Source: a virus. From it: DNA of 64,000 bases. Location of the stretch: positions 1-64,000 of IMG/VR virus record IMGVR_UViG_3300042386_001406; one strand, written 5' to 3'. The notes beneath the pieces were generated by a model. The model made no database searches, was not told where the DNA came from, and worked only from the letters and a program-made list of their open reading frames with translations. Both the position numbers and the translations under genes were made by a program. Below are positions 10,247-19,596 of this stretch, piece by piece; position 1 is the first letter of the stretch; the number at the start of each line of letters is the position of its first letter.

Positions 10247-10723
10247 ATGAAAGTAATTGACGTTGACGCCCCAATTGTACCACGTAAGGTATATGTAGTT
10301 GAAGCTGATGAACAACAATATTTAGAGTTTACTGAAGGTATTGAAGTATTACCAGCTCAATATTATGAAACTGATCCTGGATGTAAGTTTTACTTTAAGA
10401 AAAAACATGAAGATGGTGAACCAGGATGGAGTGGTGGTGGCTATGAGTGTATAGAAGAAAATGGTGCACGTCGTGCGTTTCACTTAGACTCATTAATTGT
10501 ACATCCACGTTATTTCAAACGTAAAGCTAAAGCAGAAAAAATACGTACTAGTTCAGGTAAACGTGGACGTCCAAAAATGGATCCGGCTCTTAAGAAAACG
10601 CCTGTAGTGTATGTTAAAACTGGCGGTAAACGTGGCCGTCCAAAAATGGATCCAACATTGAAAAAATCAACAGTGTATGTTAAAACTGGCGGTAAACGTG
10701 GGCGCCCAAGAAAGAACAGTTAA
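10247..10723 (+). CDS. AT-hook repeat DNA-binding protein
   Basis: Three GKRGRP(K/R) motifs in tandem 69/66-bp repeats (starts 10556, 10625, 10691). Confidence 0.7.
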   Translation: MKVIDVDAPIVPRKVYVVEADEQQYLEFTEGIEVLPAQYYETDPGCKFYFKKKHEDGEPGWSGGGYECIEENGARRAFHLDSLIVHPRYFKRKAKAEKIRTSSGKRGRPKMDPALKKTPVVYVKTGGKRGRPKMDPTLKKSTVYVKTGGKRGRPRKNS

Positions 10724-10751
10724 TATTTATCGGTAGTAAATACTATTAAAA

Positions 10752-11015
10752 ATGAAGCAAAATATCAACGAAATTAAGAAAATGCAGCGTATCGCTGGAT
10801 TAATTACCGAGAGTGAATACCAAGAATCAATAATGAAAGAAAATACAATACTTTCAGATGAGGCATATGATCGTATAGATGGTTTAGTTAACCAAAAAGA
10901 TATGGATATGTTACGTGATGGTGGTAGAAATATAGTACTTGATTTAACAGATGAGGGATTTGAAGACGATGAAATAATTGAGTATATATGCAGATATTTG
11001 AAAAATTTTCTATAA
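10752..11015 (+). CDS. putative head-internal protein
   Basis: N-terminal KKMQRIAGLITE resembles the scaffold C-terminus; ATATTTAT upstream. Confidence 0.55.
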   Translation: MKQNINEIKKMQRIAGLITESEYQESIMKENTILSDEAYDRIDGLVNQKDMDMLRDGGRNIVLDLTDEGFEDDEIIEYICRYLKNFL

Positions 11016-11021
11016 TAAGTA

Positions 11022-11771
11022 ATGAAGATTAGAATCAAAGAGGCACAACAAATGCCACAGGCGATATTCATGGCCGGCCCAGCTGGGGCTGGCAAATCCT
11101 TTGTTTCTAAATCATTACCACTCTCTAAATTCCAAGTAATAAATGTCGACGACGCTTATGAGGAAATGCTCAAAGCAGCTGGTATTGGAATGAAGATTAA
11201 AGACTTTACTCCTGATGAATTGTCACAAGCCGCTAAATTAATGGCGCAGGCTCAAAAAACAACTAAGGATAAATACGCCAAAGCACTCGAAAATTTAAAC
11301 GACATTATTATTGATGGAACAGGTGCAGCATCTAAGCCTTTACTCAAGAAAAAGGCAGAATTAGAGGCTTTAGGATATGAAACTATGATGGTAATGATAT
11401 ATGTTTCACCTGTAACTTCACTTGAACGTAATGCTAATAGAGAACGTTCATTAATGCCTGGTCAAGTTTTAAATACTTGGGAAAAAGTAAATAGTAACAT
11501 CAAAACATATGAACAAGCATTTGGTGACAATTTTATTTTAATAAACAATGATCCAAAAGATGCTGACATAAGTTTTGATCCTCAAGAAATAAAGCGTAGA
11601 TTTTTTGATACTGCTAAGGCTAAAGGTAAACCAAAAACACCAGAGGAATTAGCTAAGAAAAAAGCTGAAGTAGAAGCAATGAATAAAAACATTGAACAAC
11701 TACTTAAACAAAAACCAAAATTCACTCCTAGAGATCAAGCTATCTCTAAAATAAAGGCATTTATTAAATGA
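11022..11771 (+). CDS. P-loop kinase, zeta-toxin/AAA_33-like
   Basis: MAGPAGAGKS Walker A, INVDD, IIIDGT, SLERNANRER. Confidence 0.75.
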   Translation: MKIRIKEAQQMPQAIFMAGPAGAGKSFVSKSLPLSKFQVINVDDAYEEMLKAAGIGMKIKDFTPDELSQAAKLMAQAQKTTKDKYAKALENLNDIIIDGTGAASKPLLKKKAELEALGYETMMVMIYVSPVTSLERNANRERSLMPGQVLNTWEKVNSNIKTYEQAFGDNFILINNDPKDADISFDPQEIKRRFFDTAKAKGKPKTPEELAKKKAEVEAMNKNIEQLLKQKPKFTPRDQAISKIKAFIK

Positions 11772-13753
11772 TAGATTTAAATACAATATTAAACGAGTTA
11801 ACTGAAGATGATGGACAAACAACTCCACCAGCTATCTGTTACTACCCAGGTGGATTTAAACCACCACATGAAGGACACTATGAGGCTCTTAAAGATTTAG
11901 TGTCACGTCCTTACATTACTAAAGTAATAGTTTTAATTGGACATAAAACACGTGATGGTATAACTAAAGAACAAAGTAAACGTATTTGGGATTTATATTT
12001 AGCCACTACACCAATGGCTAAAGTAAGTGTTAGAATAAGTGAAGATGCCTCTCCAATTAAAGATCTATTTAGTGCCTTTGACTCTGACTTAGAACTAAAA
12101 GCATATGTCGCTGGAGCTAAATCAGAGGTAGAAGAACAAGATTATTTTACCCCATTACAAAAAGCATTTAGTACAAGAGTAATGCCTATATCAATTGATG
12201 AAAAAGTTGTTACTCAAGGTAAACGCTTGTCAGGAACTCAAGTACGTGGTTTAGTAACACAACTTAAAAAAGCAGTATTACAGTTACGTTCAATAGCTGA
12301 TAAATCATCAACTGAGTATTCTAAAGCTAGAAATGCTTATTTAAACACATATGAAGAGTTAAAAGGATGCTTTCCAGAAGCAGTTGTTCAAAAAGGACAA
12401 TATGATGATATTCTTAAAATATTAGGGATACCAGTTTTAAATGTAGACCAACTTCAAGAAAATCAAGAAGATGGTAATTTAATTATACGTGTACCTTATG
12501 CTTTAACAACTAAGATTGAGAATTTTTTAAATACAATGTTAATACCATTTGAATACTCTCAACAAGCATTTGGTGGTAAAGAAAGACGTATGTTAATTCC
12601 TAATCTAAGTGATAATAACGAACAAAAAGAAAAAGTACTTAATTATTTAAGTAAACATAACATACCTGTTAATATTGAAGAAGATTTATTTACTATTAAT
12701 TGGTGGAAACAAAGTTTAGAAGAAATTCAACTTGATGTCCCTACACCAGATGAAAAAGATGTTGATCCTGAACAACTAAAAAAAGGAATTGAAGTAGAAA
12801 AAGAACACACCAACGATGAAAAAACAGCTAAGAAAATAGCGTTAGCTCATTTAGGTGAAGATCCAAAATATTATTCTAAGTTAAAAAAAGCAGGTTTAGA
12901 AGAAACATTAACTGAACCACAAGATAAGACAGACAATATTATAGCTGATTTTATTGATTTTGCCGCTAATGCTCTTGACTTACAAAAAGTACCTAAAATT
13001 ACTTTTAGTGATGATGAGAATTTAGCTAAACAAATGCACGCGTTAGGTGCTTATCAACCTAAAACTGATGAATTATTAGTTGTTAAAGGATCAAGACTAA
13101 CAGCAGATATTTTACGCACATTAGCTCATGAGTTAGTACATCGTAAACAAGCTGAAATGGGTCCATTAGATAAAGAAGATGGTAAAACAGGTTCAGAAGT
13201 AGAAAATGAAGCTAATGCCGCCGCTGGTGTATTACTAAGACAATTTGGTAAATACAGACCAGAAATATTTGAAGAAGCAGATGCGATGAAAGGTGATTAT
13301 AAGATATACTGTGATATGGATGGTGTGTTAGTTGATTTTGATAAAGGGTATGAAGAATTAACAGGTAAAAAAGCTAGTTTTGACACACCAAAAGAAGAAT
13401 TTTGGGAACCAATTTCAAAAGCAGGTGCAGCGTTTTGGATTAAATTACAATGGATGCCTGATGGAAAACAATTATGGAATTATATTAAACCATACAATCC
13501 AGATTTACTATCAGCTCCATCACGTGAAGAATCATCTAAAATAGGTAAATTTACTTGGGTGAAAAGAAACTTACCTGGTACTAAACTTATCTTACGTTCA
13601 GCTGATCGTAAACAAGAATTTGCAACACCAAACTCTATCTTAATTGATGATAGAGCAGATAATATACAACGTTGGAAAGATGCGGGTGGTATAGGTATTC
13701 ATCACACATCAGCTGCTGATACAATACAACAATTGAAAGATTTAGGGCTATGA
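11768..13753 (+). CDS. multidomain protein: HxGH nucleotidyltransferase + DUF5661-like + HExxH domain + HAD nucleotidase
   Basis: YPGGFKPPHEGH/LSGTQVR; GIEVEKEH...AHLGEDPKYY; LAHELVH...ENEANA; YCDMDGVLVDF...LIDD. Confidence 0.75.
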   Translation: MIDLNTILNELTEDDGQTTPPAICYYPGGFKPPHEGHYEALKDLVSRPYITKVIVLIGHKTRDGITKEQSKRIWDLYLATTPMAKVSVRISEDASPIKDLFSAFDSDLELKAYVAGAKSEVEEQDYFTPLQKAFSTRVMPISIDEKVVTQGKRLSGTQVRGLVTQLKKAVLQLRSIADKSSTEYSKARNAYLNTYEELKGCFPEAVVQKGQYDDILKILGIPVLNVDQLQENQEDGNLIIRVPYALTTKIENFLNTMLIPFEYSQQAFGGKERRMLIPNLSDNNEQKEKVLNYLSKHNIPVNIEEDLFTINWWKQSLEEIQLDVPTPDEKDVDPEQLKKGIEVEKEHTNDEKTAKKIALAHLGEDPKYYSKLKKAGLEETLTEPQDKTDNIIADFIDFAANALDLQKVPKITFSDDENLAKQMHALGAYQPKTDELLVVKGSRLTADILRTLAHELVHRKQAEMGPLDKEDGKTGSEVENEANAAAGVLLRQFGKYRPEIFEEADAMKGDYKIYCDMDGVLVDFDKGYEELTGKKASFDTPKEEFWEPISKAGAAFWIKLQWMPDGKQLWNYIKPYNPDLLSAPSREESSKIGKFTWVKRNLPGTKLILRSADRKQEFATPNSILIDDRADNIQRWKDAGGIGIHHTSAADTIQQLKDLGL

Positions 13754-14289
13754 TTAAATTAATAGACATATTAAAAGAAGAAATTAATTTAGAAAAATAT
13801 GTTGAAGATTGGTTAAGTAAAGGAGGAATACATGATGACTCTAATATTAATAGAGCATTTACTATTAAACTAAAACAATTAGGTTACGAAAATTATGGAA
13901 CTATATATCGAGTTTTATTTGTCAAAAAAGATAATAAAATATCCAATTTAAAATCTTATATTTGGGACAAATATAATGGAAAATATATATCTTTTTCTGA
14001 AACTTTAGAGGGAGCAAATAAATTTATGGACCTATTAATAAATGATGGTCTGCTTAAAAAAGGAGAAATACTTGTTGTTATAAAACAAAAATCTAATTAT
14101 TATAATTTACATAAATGGGTAGAAGATAAAATAAAAGAATATGGAGGTCCTTGGCAATTTGCTGATAAAAAAGGTGTTTGGGTTGGAGGGTTGTATAGAG
14201 AAACTCAAAAAACAAAAGAAGTTTTATCAACATTAGATAATAATTTTGAAATAGTAAGACAATATTCTAAAAAAGGAAAAATGTTATGA
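13750..14289 (+). CDS. putative ADP-ribosyltransferase-fold protein
   Basis: IYRV / ISFS / late KEVL arrangement fits the R-S-E ART pattern; MIKLIDILKE leader. Confidence 0.4.
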   Translation: MIKLIDILKEEINLEKYVEDWLSKGGIHDDSNINRAFTIKLKQLGYENYGTIYRVLFVKKDNKISNLKSYIWDKYNGKYISFSETLEGANKFMDLLINDGLLKKGEILVVIKQKSNYYNLHKWVEDKIKEYGGPWQFADKKGVWVGGLYRETQKTKEVLSTLDNNFEIVRQYSKKGKML

Positions 14290-14867
14290 ATGAATCAAAT
14301 TTAAAAAAAGAGTTTTCAAAACGTGATGTACAAAGAATGAGAAATATAATCAGTGGTAATGCTAGTTCAGCCACTGGTATTCAAGTAGGTTATAGTAAAC
14401 AATCTCAAGACTACCAAGAAGGAGATGTGTGGGAAGAAAATGATAAACAATGGACCATTAAAAATGGCATCAAACAAACTGTTACTAAACATGATAAATT
14501 AAGACAGTTAGTTACTATGCCTTTAGCTTGTCCTGAATGTGATAAACCATTTAAAAATACTCCTGTAAATAAGAAAATGTGGGTTATTCATAAGATGTGT
14601 CGTGACTGTGTTATTGATATGGAGGCTAAAATTAGATTAGAAGGTAAGTGGGATGAGTATGAGCATAATATGATGAATGCTAATAAAAATGCTGATGTAG
14701 ATGAGTTTGAAAAAGCATTTAATGAATTTGTAAAAACAAGTACTGATAAAAGTTCATTTATAACTGAGGCGGGTGATATAGAAACATGGAGTGGGGGTAA
14801 AATTAATGAAGAAGAAATAAAACAAGTCAAAGAATATATAAAAAAACTGCGCGAAACAGAAATATAA
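14286..14867 (+). CDS. conserved phage protein with Zn ribbon
   Basis: EGDVWEE...WTIKNG; CPEC...CRDC. Confidence 0.6.
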   Translation: MNESNLKKEFSKRDVQRMRNIISGNASSATGIQVGYSKQSQDYQEGDVWEENDKQWTIKNGIKQTVTKHDKLRQLVTMPLACPECDKPFKNTPVNKKMWVIHKMCRDCVIDMEAKIRLEGKWDEYEHNMMNANKNADVDEFEKAFNEFVKTSTDKSSFITEAGDIETWSGGKINEEEIKQVKEYIKKLRETEI

Positions 14868-14885
14868 ATATATTTATTTTCAGCA

Positions 14886-15197
14886 ATGGAAGCAATGGAT
14901 AACATTTATACGGTCATTATAACAGCAATTACAGTTCTAGGTAGTGCTACAGCATTTCGATTTTATGAAAAGAAATCTATGCGTAAAGAACGTGATGAAG
15001 AATTTATTCGCCACGATTGTAAAGATCGTATTGCTAAATTAGAAGCATTGCTTGTTGAATCTGCTCGTGAAAAAGATGAGTTACGTAAAATGGTATTACA
15101 GCTTACAAAAGAAGTAGCTGCGTTAAGTACTAAAGTTGAATTTTTTGAAAAAGGCGCGCCTATAGTATCTGTCAAATCTCGAAAAGCTACTAAATAA
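14886..15197 (+). CDS. single-TM coiled-coil protein (possible holin/lysis accessory)
   Basis: N-terminal hydrophobic helix followed by a coiled coil; late motif upstream. Confidence 0.45.
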   Translation: MEAMDNIYTVIITAITVLGSATAFRFYEKKSMRKERDEEFIRHDCKDRIAKLEALLVESAREKDELRKMVLQLTKEVAALSTKVEFFEKGAPIVSVKSRKATK

Positions 15198-15251
15198 TCA
15201 TTACCTATTATTGCCCATTAATATATTTATATAGGATAAAAACTATATAAG

Positions 15252-15827
15252 ATGCCATATACTCGTAAAGGTAATTGTGTTTACAAAGAAACTGGTAAGA
15301 AAATGGGCTGCTCTAAAGACACTAAGGCAGCTGAAAAATATATGCGTGCTTTATATGCCGCTGAAGCAGGTAATATCAAGGAAGGATATGATTTAGATAC
15401 TATCAGCCCTGACCAACCTGAACTTGCTATAACTGTTGAATTGCCAAACCCTATACAGGTTATGGCTTCTTTTGTCTCTACATTAATGTCATCTCGTACA
15501 CAAGCTCACATATTCCACTGGCGTTGTAAAGGCGTAGGTGCTGGATGGATGCATACAGCATTAGGTGAGTATTATGATGGTATTGTAGATATATTAGATA
15601 AATTAGTTGAGTCAACTCAAGGCCGCTATGGTTTATTAGAAGGATATAAATGTGATGGACAATTTATGGAAGATGTAACTAAAGCAATTCCATATTTTGA
15701 AGCATTATGTTTGTATGTTGAAAAAAATCGTGGTTCATTACCTCAAGATTCATATATTCAAAATCAAATAGATGAAATAGTTGAGTTAATTGAAACAACT
15801 AAATATAAATTAGTAAACTTACAGTAA
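15252..15827 (+). CDS. ferritin/Dps-like protein (DUF5856-like) with N-terminal extension
   Basis: QAHIFHW...HTALGEYYD...DKLVESTQG...NQIDEI...KYKL. Confidence 0.75.
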   Translation: MPYTRKGNCVYKETGKKMGCSKDTKAAEKYMRALYAAEAGNIKEGYDLDTISPDQPELAITVELPNPIQVMASFVSTLMSSRTQAHIFHWRCKGVGAGWMHTALGEYYDGIVDILDKLVESTQGRYGLLEGYKCDGQFMEDVTKAIPYFEALCLYVEKNRGSLPQDSYIQNQIDEIVELIETTKYKLVNLQ

Positions 15828-16474
15828 TGCGTATTCGTATAATTAAAGAAGCTATAGCAACTGATATAACTGATATAGTAAAAAATACTATTGGACTTAA
15901 AGCCACTGTTAAACGCTTTAAGAATAATATATTAGTAGCTTCACCAGGTGGATTCTTCTCACCTAGCCGTTTACAAAATATGGCTGATGAATTGAATGAT
16001 AGAATACCTGAACCCTGGTTAGAAAGTCCTGTAAGTGTAGGTACAGGTGGTGCTACTGAAGGTTTACTTATTATAAGATTGAATGATGAGGGTATGAAAC
16101 ATACCAATTTATTTGAAGCAGAAGAGGATTTTACACCAATTGAAGATCCAAAGGAACCAAAACCAGCAGCTAAACAATTTCAAATATTAGCTTCAATGAT
16201 CACTAACACTAAAGTTAATGATCAAACTAATATATTATCAGCAATGAGAGCATTACCAGGTGTTACTATTGTTAACTCACAAGCAGCAATTCCAGGTTCA
16301 AATTCAGAAGGACAACTCCGCTATAAAACAAATGTTGACATTAAAATTGATACTTCAGCACTCAGTGGTGATATAAAAACTGCTATTAAGAAAATAATTG
16401 AAGATATTAAGAAAATTGAAGGTGTAGTTGAGTTTAAAGTATTACCAAAAGCAAAAGAAACAACTCCATACTAA
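15827..16474 (+). CDS. hypothetical protein, C-terminal ACT/ferredoxin-like module
   Basis: ILSAMRALPGVTIV...IKKIEGV; MRIRIIKE leader. Confidence 0.5.
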   Translation: MRIRIIKEAIATDITDIVKNTIGLKATVKRFKNNILVASPGGFFSPSRLQNMADELNDRIPEPWLESPVSVGTGGATEGLLIIRLNDEGMKHTNLFEAEEDFTPIEDPKEPKPAAKQFQILASMITNTKVNDQTNILSAMRALPGVTIVNSQAAIPGSNSEGQLRYKTNVDIKIDTSALSGDIKTAIKKIIEDIKKIEGVVEFKVLPKAKETTPY

Positions 16475-17127
16475 TGAATAAGATACAATTAAAGGAGCAT
16501 ATTGAAAAAATCATTAACTATGTAGGCCAAGAATACAATCATGGTCCTAAGTTAGTTATGAATGAATCTAAAGAACCAGTCTTTATTTCTGAAGGCTTAT
16601 ATTACCATATTGAAAATAACTTACCACTAAACGAATCAATATATCGTCCTCAATCAGCAATGTTTTTAAAATTATTTGTTGAAGCAAGAAACTTATATGA
16701 TTCTAAGCGTTTAGTATTATGTGAATCAGATCAATATTATTTTGACAATACAGATATAGGTACATTTGGTGAGTATAATGGTATTAAAGTGCCACTAGAC
16801 TTACCTCTGACCGAGGAATTTCTAACAGAAGCATTAGAAGAAGAAAAAAAACAACCAGCATTAGGTAAACCTAAGCGTGGTGGTTCTAAAAAATTCTATG
16901 TGTATGTTAAAGATCCTAAAACCAAACGTATTAAAAAAGTATCATTTGGTATGGCAGGTGGTGGCTTAAGAGCCAAATTAAACAACCCAAAAGCTAGACA
17001 AGCGTTTTCTAAACGCCACAATTGTCCTCAAAAGAAAGACAAAACTAAAGCTTCATATTGGAGTTGTCGTTTACCTCGCTATGCTAAACTATTAGGATTT
17101 AAAACAACATTTAGTGGATTTTGGTAA
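16474..17127 (+). CDS. conserved phage protein, basic C-terminal domain
   Basis: KKFYVYVK...KKVSFG...FSKRHNC...YWSCR. Confidence 0.6.
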   Translation: MNKIQLKEHIEKIINYVGQEYNHGPKLVMNESKEPVFISEGLYYHIENNLPLNESIYRPQSAMFLKLFVEARNLYDSKRLVLCESDQYYFDNTDIGTFGEYNGIKVPLDLPLTEEFLTEALEEEKKQPALGKPKRGGSKKFYVYVKDPKTKRIKKVSFGMAGGGLRAKLNNPKARQAFSKRHNCPQKKDKTKASYWSCRLPRYAKLLGFKTTFSGFW

Positions 17128-17744
17128 TGATTAGTCTAATTGACATATTACATGAAATGTATCCACCATATAAAGCAAATATGGTATCAAAAGTTAGATA
17201 TAAAGCATCTGATGTTTGGACTAATGACCAAGAATTAGCTGTAAAAAGAGGATACTTGGAAAGTGATGAACCTGAAAAAGGCACAGGTAAAAAACCTAAA
17301 GGATCTAGTCGTCGTTTATACACAGATGAAGATCCAAAAGATACAGTTAAAATTAAATTCAAAACCGCTCAAGATGTTAAAGATACATTATCAAAAAAGA
17401 CATTTAAAGCAAAACCACATGCTCGTAAGTCACAAATTATTAATGTAATCCATCAGCGTGTCAGAGCAGCTTATAATAGAGCTAAAGATCCAGATGTTAA
17501 ATCTAGATTAAAACGTGCTTTGGATTATATTGAAAAGCGTAAAGAAGCATCTAAAGAAAAAACTAAAAGTTTAAATAAAGAAACATCAGATCCACAATCA
17601 GGTAAAGCAGCACCATATGGTTCAGGATATGCTCCTATACAACAGAATGAAGACATATTAAATGAAAAATGCTGGCCTGGATATACTAAAAAAGGAATGA
17701 AAACAATGTTTGGAAAAAAATACCCTAATTGTGTAAAAAAATGA
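17127..17744 (+). CDS. basic multi-module phage protein
   Basis: ATG at 17127 gives MISLIDILHE; RRLYTDEDPKDTV module; terminal CWPGY...PNCV mini-domain. Confidence 0.6.
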   Translation: MISLIDILHEMYPPYKANMVSKVRYKASDVWTNDQELAVKRGYLESDEPEKGTGKKPKGSSRRLYTDEDPKDTVKIKFKTAQDVKDTLSKKTFKAKPHARKSQIINVIHQRVRAAYNRAKDPDVKSRLKRALDYIEKRKEASKEKTKSLNKETSDPQSGKAAPYGSGYAPIQQNEDILNEKCWPGYTKKGMKTMFGKKYPNCVKK

Positions 17745-18058
17745 TAAAACTAACTCAACTACTAACTGAAGTAAAAGAAACATTTGAAAGTTTTGCCACT
17801 ATTCGTGGTAAAGGTGCTGCTAAAATTGCCGCCACTGCTGAAGAAAAAGGTGGATTATCTCTATTAACATGGCATCATTTTAAAGTAAAAGCTCCGTACT
17901 ATAAAAAAGCAACTGAGGGTAAATTTGATAAAGAAGTTGCTAAAAAAGAATTTGAACAAACATATAAAAAGATATCATTAAACATGACTCAAACTGAATT
18001 TCAACGTGAAGTTGGTCGTTTAGAGGTATTAGGTGAACTGTTAATAGAAAATAAATAA
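17741..18058 (+). CDS. hypothetical protein with MIKLTQLLTE leader
   Basis: ATG at 17741 overlaps the upstream stop. Confidence 0.6.
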   Translation: MIKLTQLLTEVKETFESFATIRGKGAAKIAATAEEKGGLSLLTWHHFKVKAPYYKKATEGKFDKEVAKKEFEQTYKKISLNMTQTEFQREVGRLEVLGELLIENK

Positions 18059-18060
18059 TA

Positions 18061-18324
18061 ATGAGTCAACCTTATGTAGACTTAGTTGTGACAGATGAAT
18101 ATGTGATTAGGGAATTTGATAAAAACATTGACCCTATAGAGCTAATGTGGCATCGAGATGATGAAAACAGGATGGTTGAAGCTATAGAACCAACAGATTG
18201 GCTAGTACAACTAGACAACCAGTTACCAATGTCTATGACCCAACCAATATTTATACCACGTCATATGTGGCATAGAACTATAAAAGGCACAGGTAAATTA
18301 AAGATAAAAATATATAAATCATGA
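18061..18324 (+). CDS. cupin-like protein
   Basis: WHRDDENR...FIPRHMWHRTIKG. Confidence 0.6.
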   Translation: MSQPYVDLVVTDEYVIREFDKNIDPIELMWHRDDENRMVEAIEPTDWLVQLDNQLPMSMTQPIFIPRHMWHRTIKGTGKLKIKIYKS

Positions 18325-18761
18325 AAAAATCTGAATTAAAACAATTAATCAGAGAAGCAATCGAAGAAGTAAAACCTAAAGTTGAAGAAGATGTAATCAA
18401 CGAAGGATTTGCTCCTGAAACTGATGAAGTTGGCTCATTTTGGGTGGTTGAAAAACCATCTACTAGCGCTACTTTAGATGACATTTGCTTTGAATGCGAA
18501 AATGTAATGTACTTTGCTCGTCAAATTGCTGGTGGTTTAAAACCAGAAGATATCAAAGGTGTATTCACTAAAGAAGCTAAAGCTAAAAAGTTAGCTGAAA
18601 AATTACTTAAAGCTCGTGACACTAAAAAAGAAGAAGTAAAACAAGCAGCTGAAGCTTATAAAAAAATGAAAGAAGAAACTTTAGCAAAAGTACAAGAGTA
18701 CATGAAAAATAAGAAAGCTACTAAACAAGTAGTTGACGAGTTAAAAGACGAAGTTAAGTAA
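18321..18761 (+). CDS. hypothetical protein with MKKSELKQLIRE leader
   Basis: Leader motif plus charged helical C-terminus. Confidence 0.55.
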   Translation: MKKSELKQLIREAIEEVKPKVEEDVINEGFAPETDEVGSFWVVEKPSTSATLDDICFECENVMYFARQIAGGLKPEDIKGVFTKEAKAKKLAEKLLKARDTKKEEVKQAAEAYKKMKEETLAKVQEYMKNKKATKQVVDELKDEVK

Positions 18762-19135
18762 TGAAGTTAACAGACATATTACTTGAAACTCTGCTTGAAA
18801 AGAAAAAAGACAGATGTCATCGTATCGCTGATAGGCGTTATGATAAACCATCTGCTTATAAGTCAGGTGCTATAGTGAGATGTCGCCAAGGTAAAATTTG
18901 GAAAGATCTTAAAGAAGATGAATCATTACGTAAATGGTTTGGTCGCAGAGGCGCAGCTGGTAAAGAAGGTGGATGGGTTGATTGTAACACATGTCGCAAA
19001 GTAGATGGTAAAACCAAATGTAAACCTTGTGGTAGAAAAGAAGGTGAAAAACGAGCTAAATACCCATCATGTCGACCAACACCTGCTGGATGTAAGAAAA
19101 AAGGAAAAGGTAAAACTTGGGGAAAAACAAAATAA
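18761..19135 (+). CDS. basic Cys-containing phage protein
   Basis: PSAYKSGAIVRCR; LRKWF...WVDC...CGR...YPSCRP. Confidence 0.6.
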   Translation: MKLTDILLETLLEKKKDRCHRIADRRYDKPSAYKSGAIVRCRQGKIWKDLKEDESLRKWFGRRGAAGKEGGWVDCNTCRKVDGKTKCKPCGRKEGEKRAKYPSCRPTPAGCKKKGKGKTWGKTK

Positions 19136-19137
19136 AT

Positions 19138-19596
19138 ATGCAAGACAATTTTAACATACATGGTTGGCGTTTAAATCAAGCCATTAAAGAAGTAGAAGAA
19201 GCTACATTCACAAACAAACATGATGACAATCCTAAATTAAAAGGTGGACAGAAAAAATTACCTGATGAATTACAAGCGGGAATCTTAAAGAAAGAAGACA
19301 CAACAGGATACTCTACTGATTATAAAAAAGGATATAGAGATGGATATCAAGATGGAAAAGAAGGTAAATTTGGTAAACAATTCGCTGTAAAAGAAGGTGA
19401 AGACCATGAAGTAGCAATGGCTAAATCTAGTCTACAATCTATTATGAGTTCAGCCTCAAAATTAATGGTAATGTTAGGTGATGAAGAGCGTAACATACCA
19501 GGATGGATTCAAGATCATATTACTAATGCTGAAAACTATATTGATCAAGCTGCTCAAGGCTTTCATGAATTAGAAAATAACAATGAAGAAGATTAA
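19138..19596 (+). CDS. hypothetical multi-module protein
   Basis: MQDNFNI leader; YKKGYRDGYQDG; DHEVAMA...PGWIQDHIT module. Confidence 0.55.
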   Translation: MQDNFNIHGWRLNQAIKEVEEATFTNKHDDNPKLKGGQKKLPDELQAGILKKEDTTGYSTDYKKGYRDGYQDGKEGKFGKQFAVKEGEDHEVAMAKSSLQSIMSSASKLMVMLGDEERNIPGWIQDHITNAENYIDQAAQGFHELENNNEED

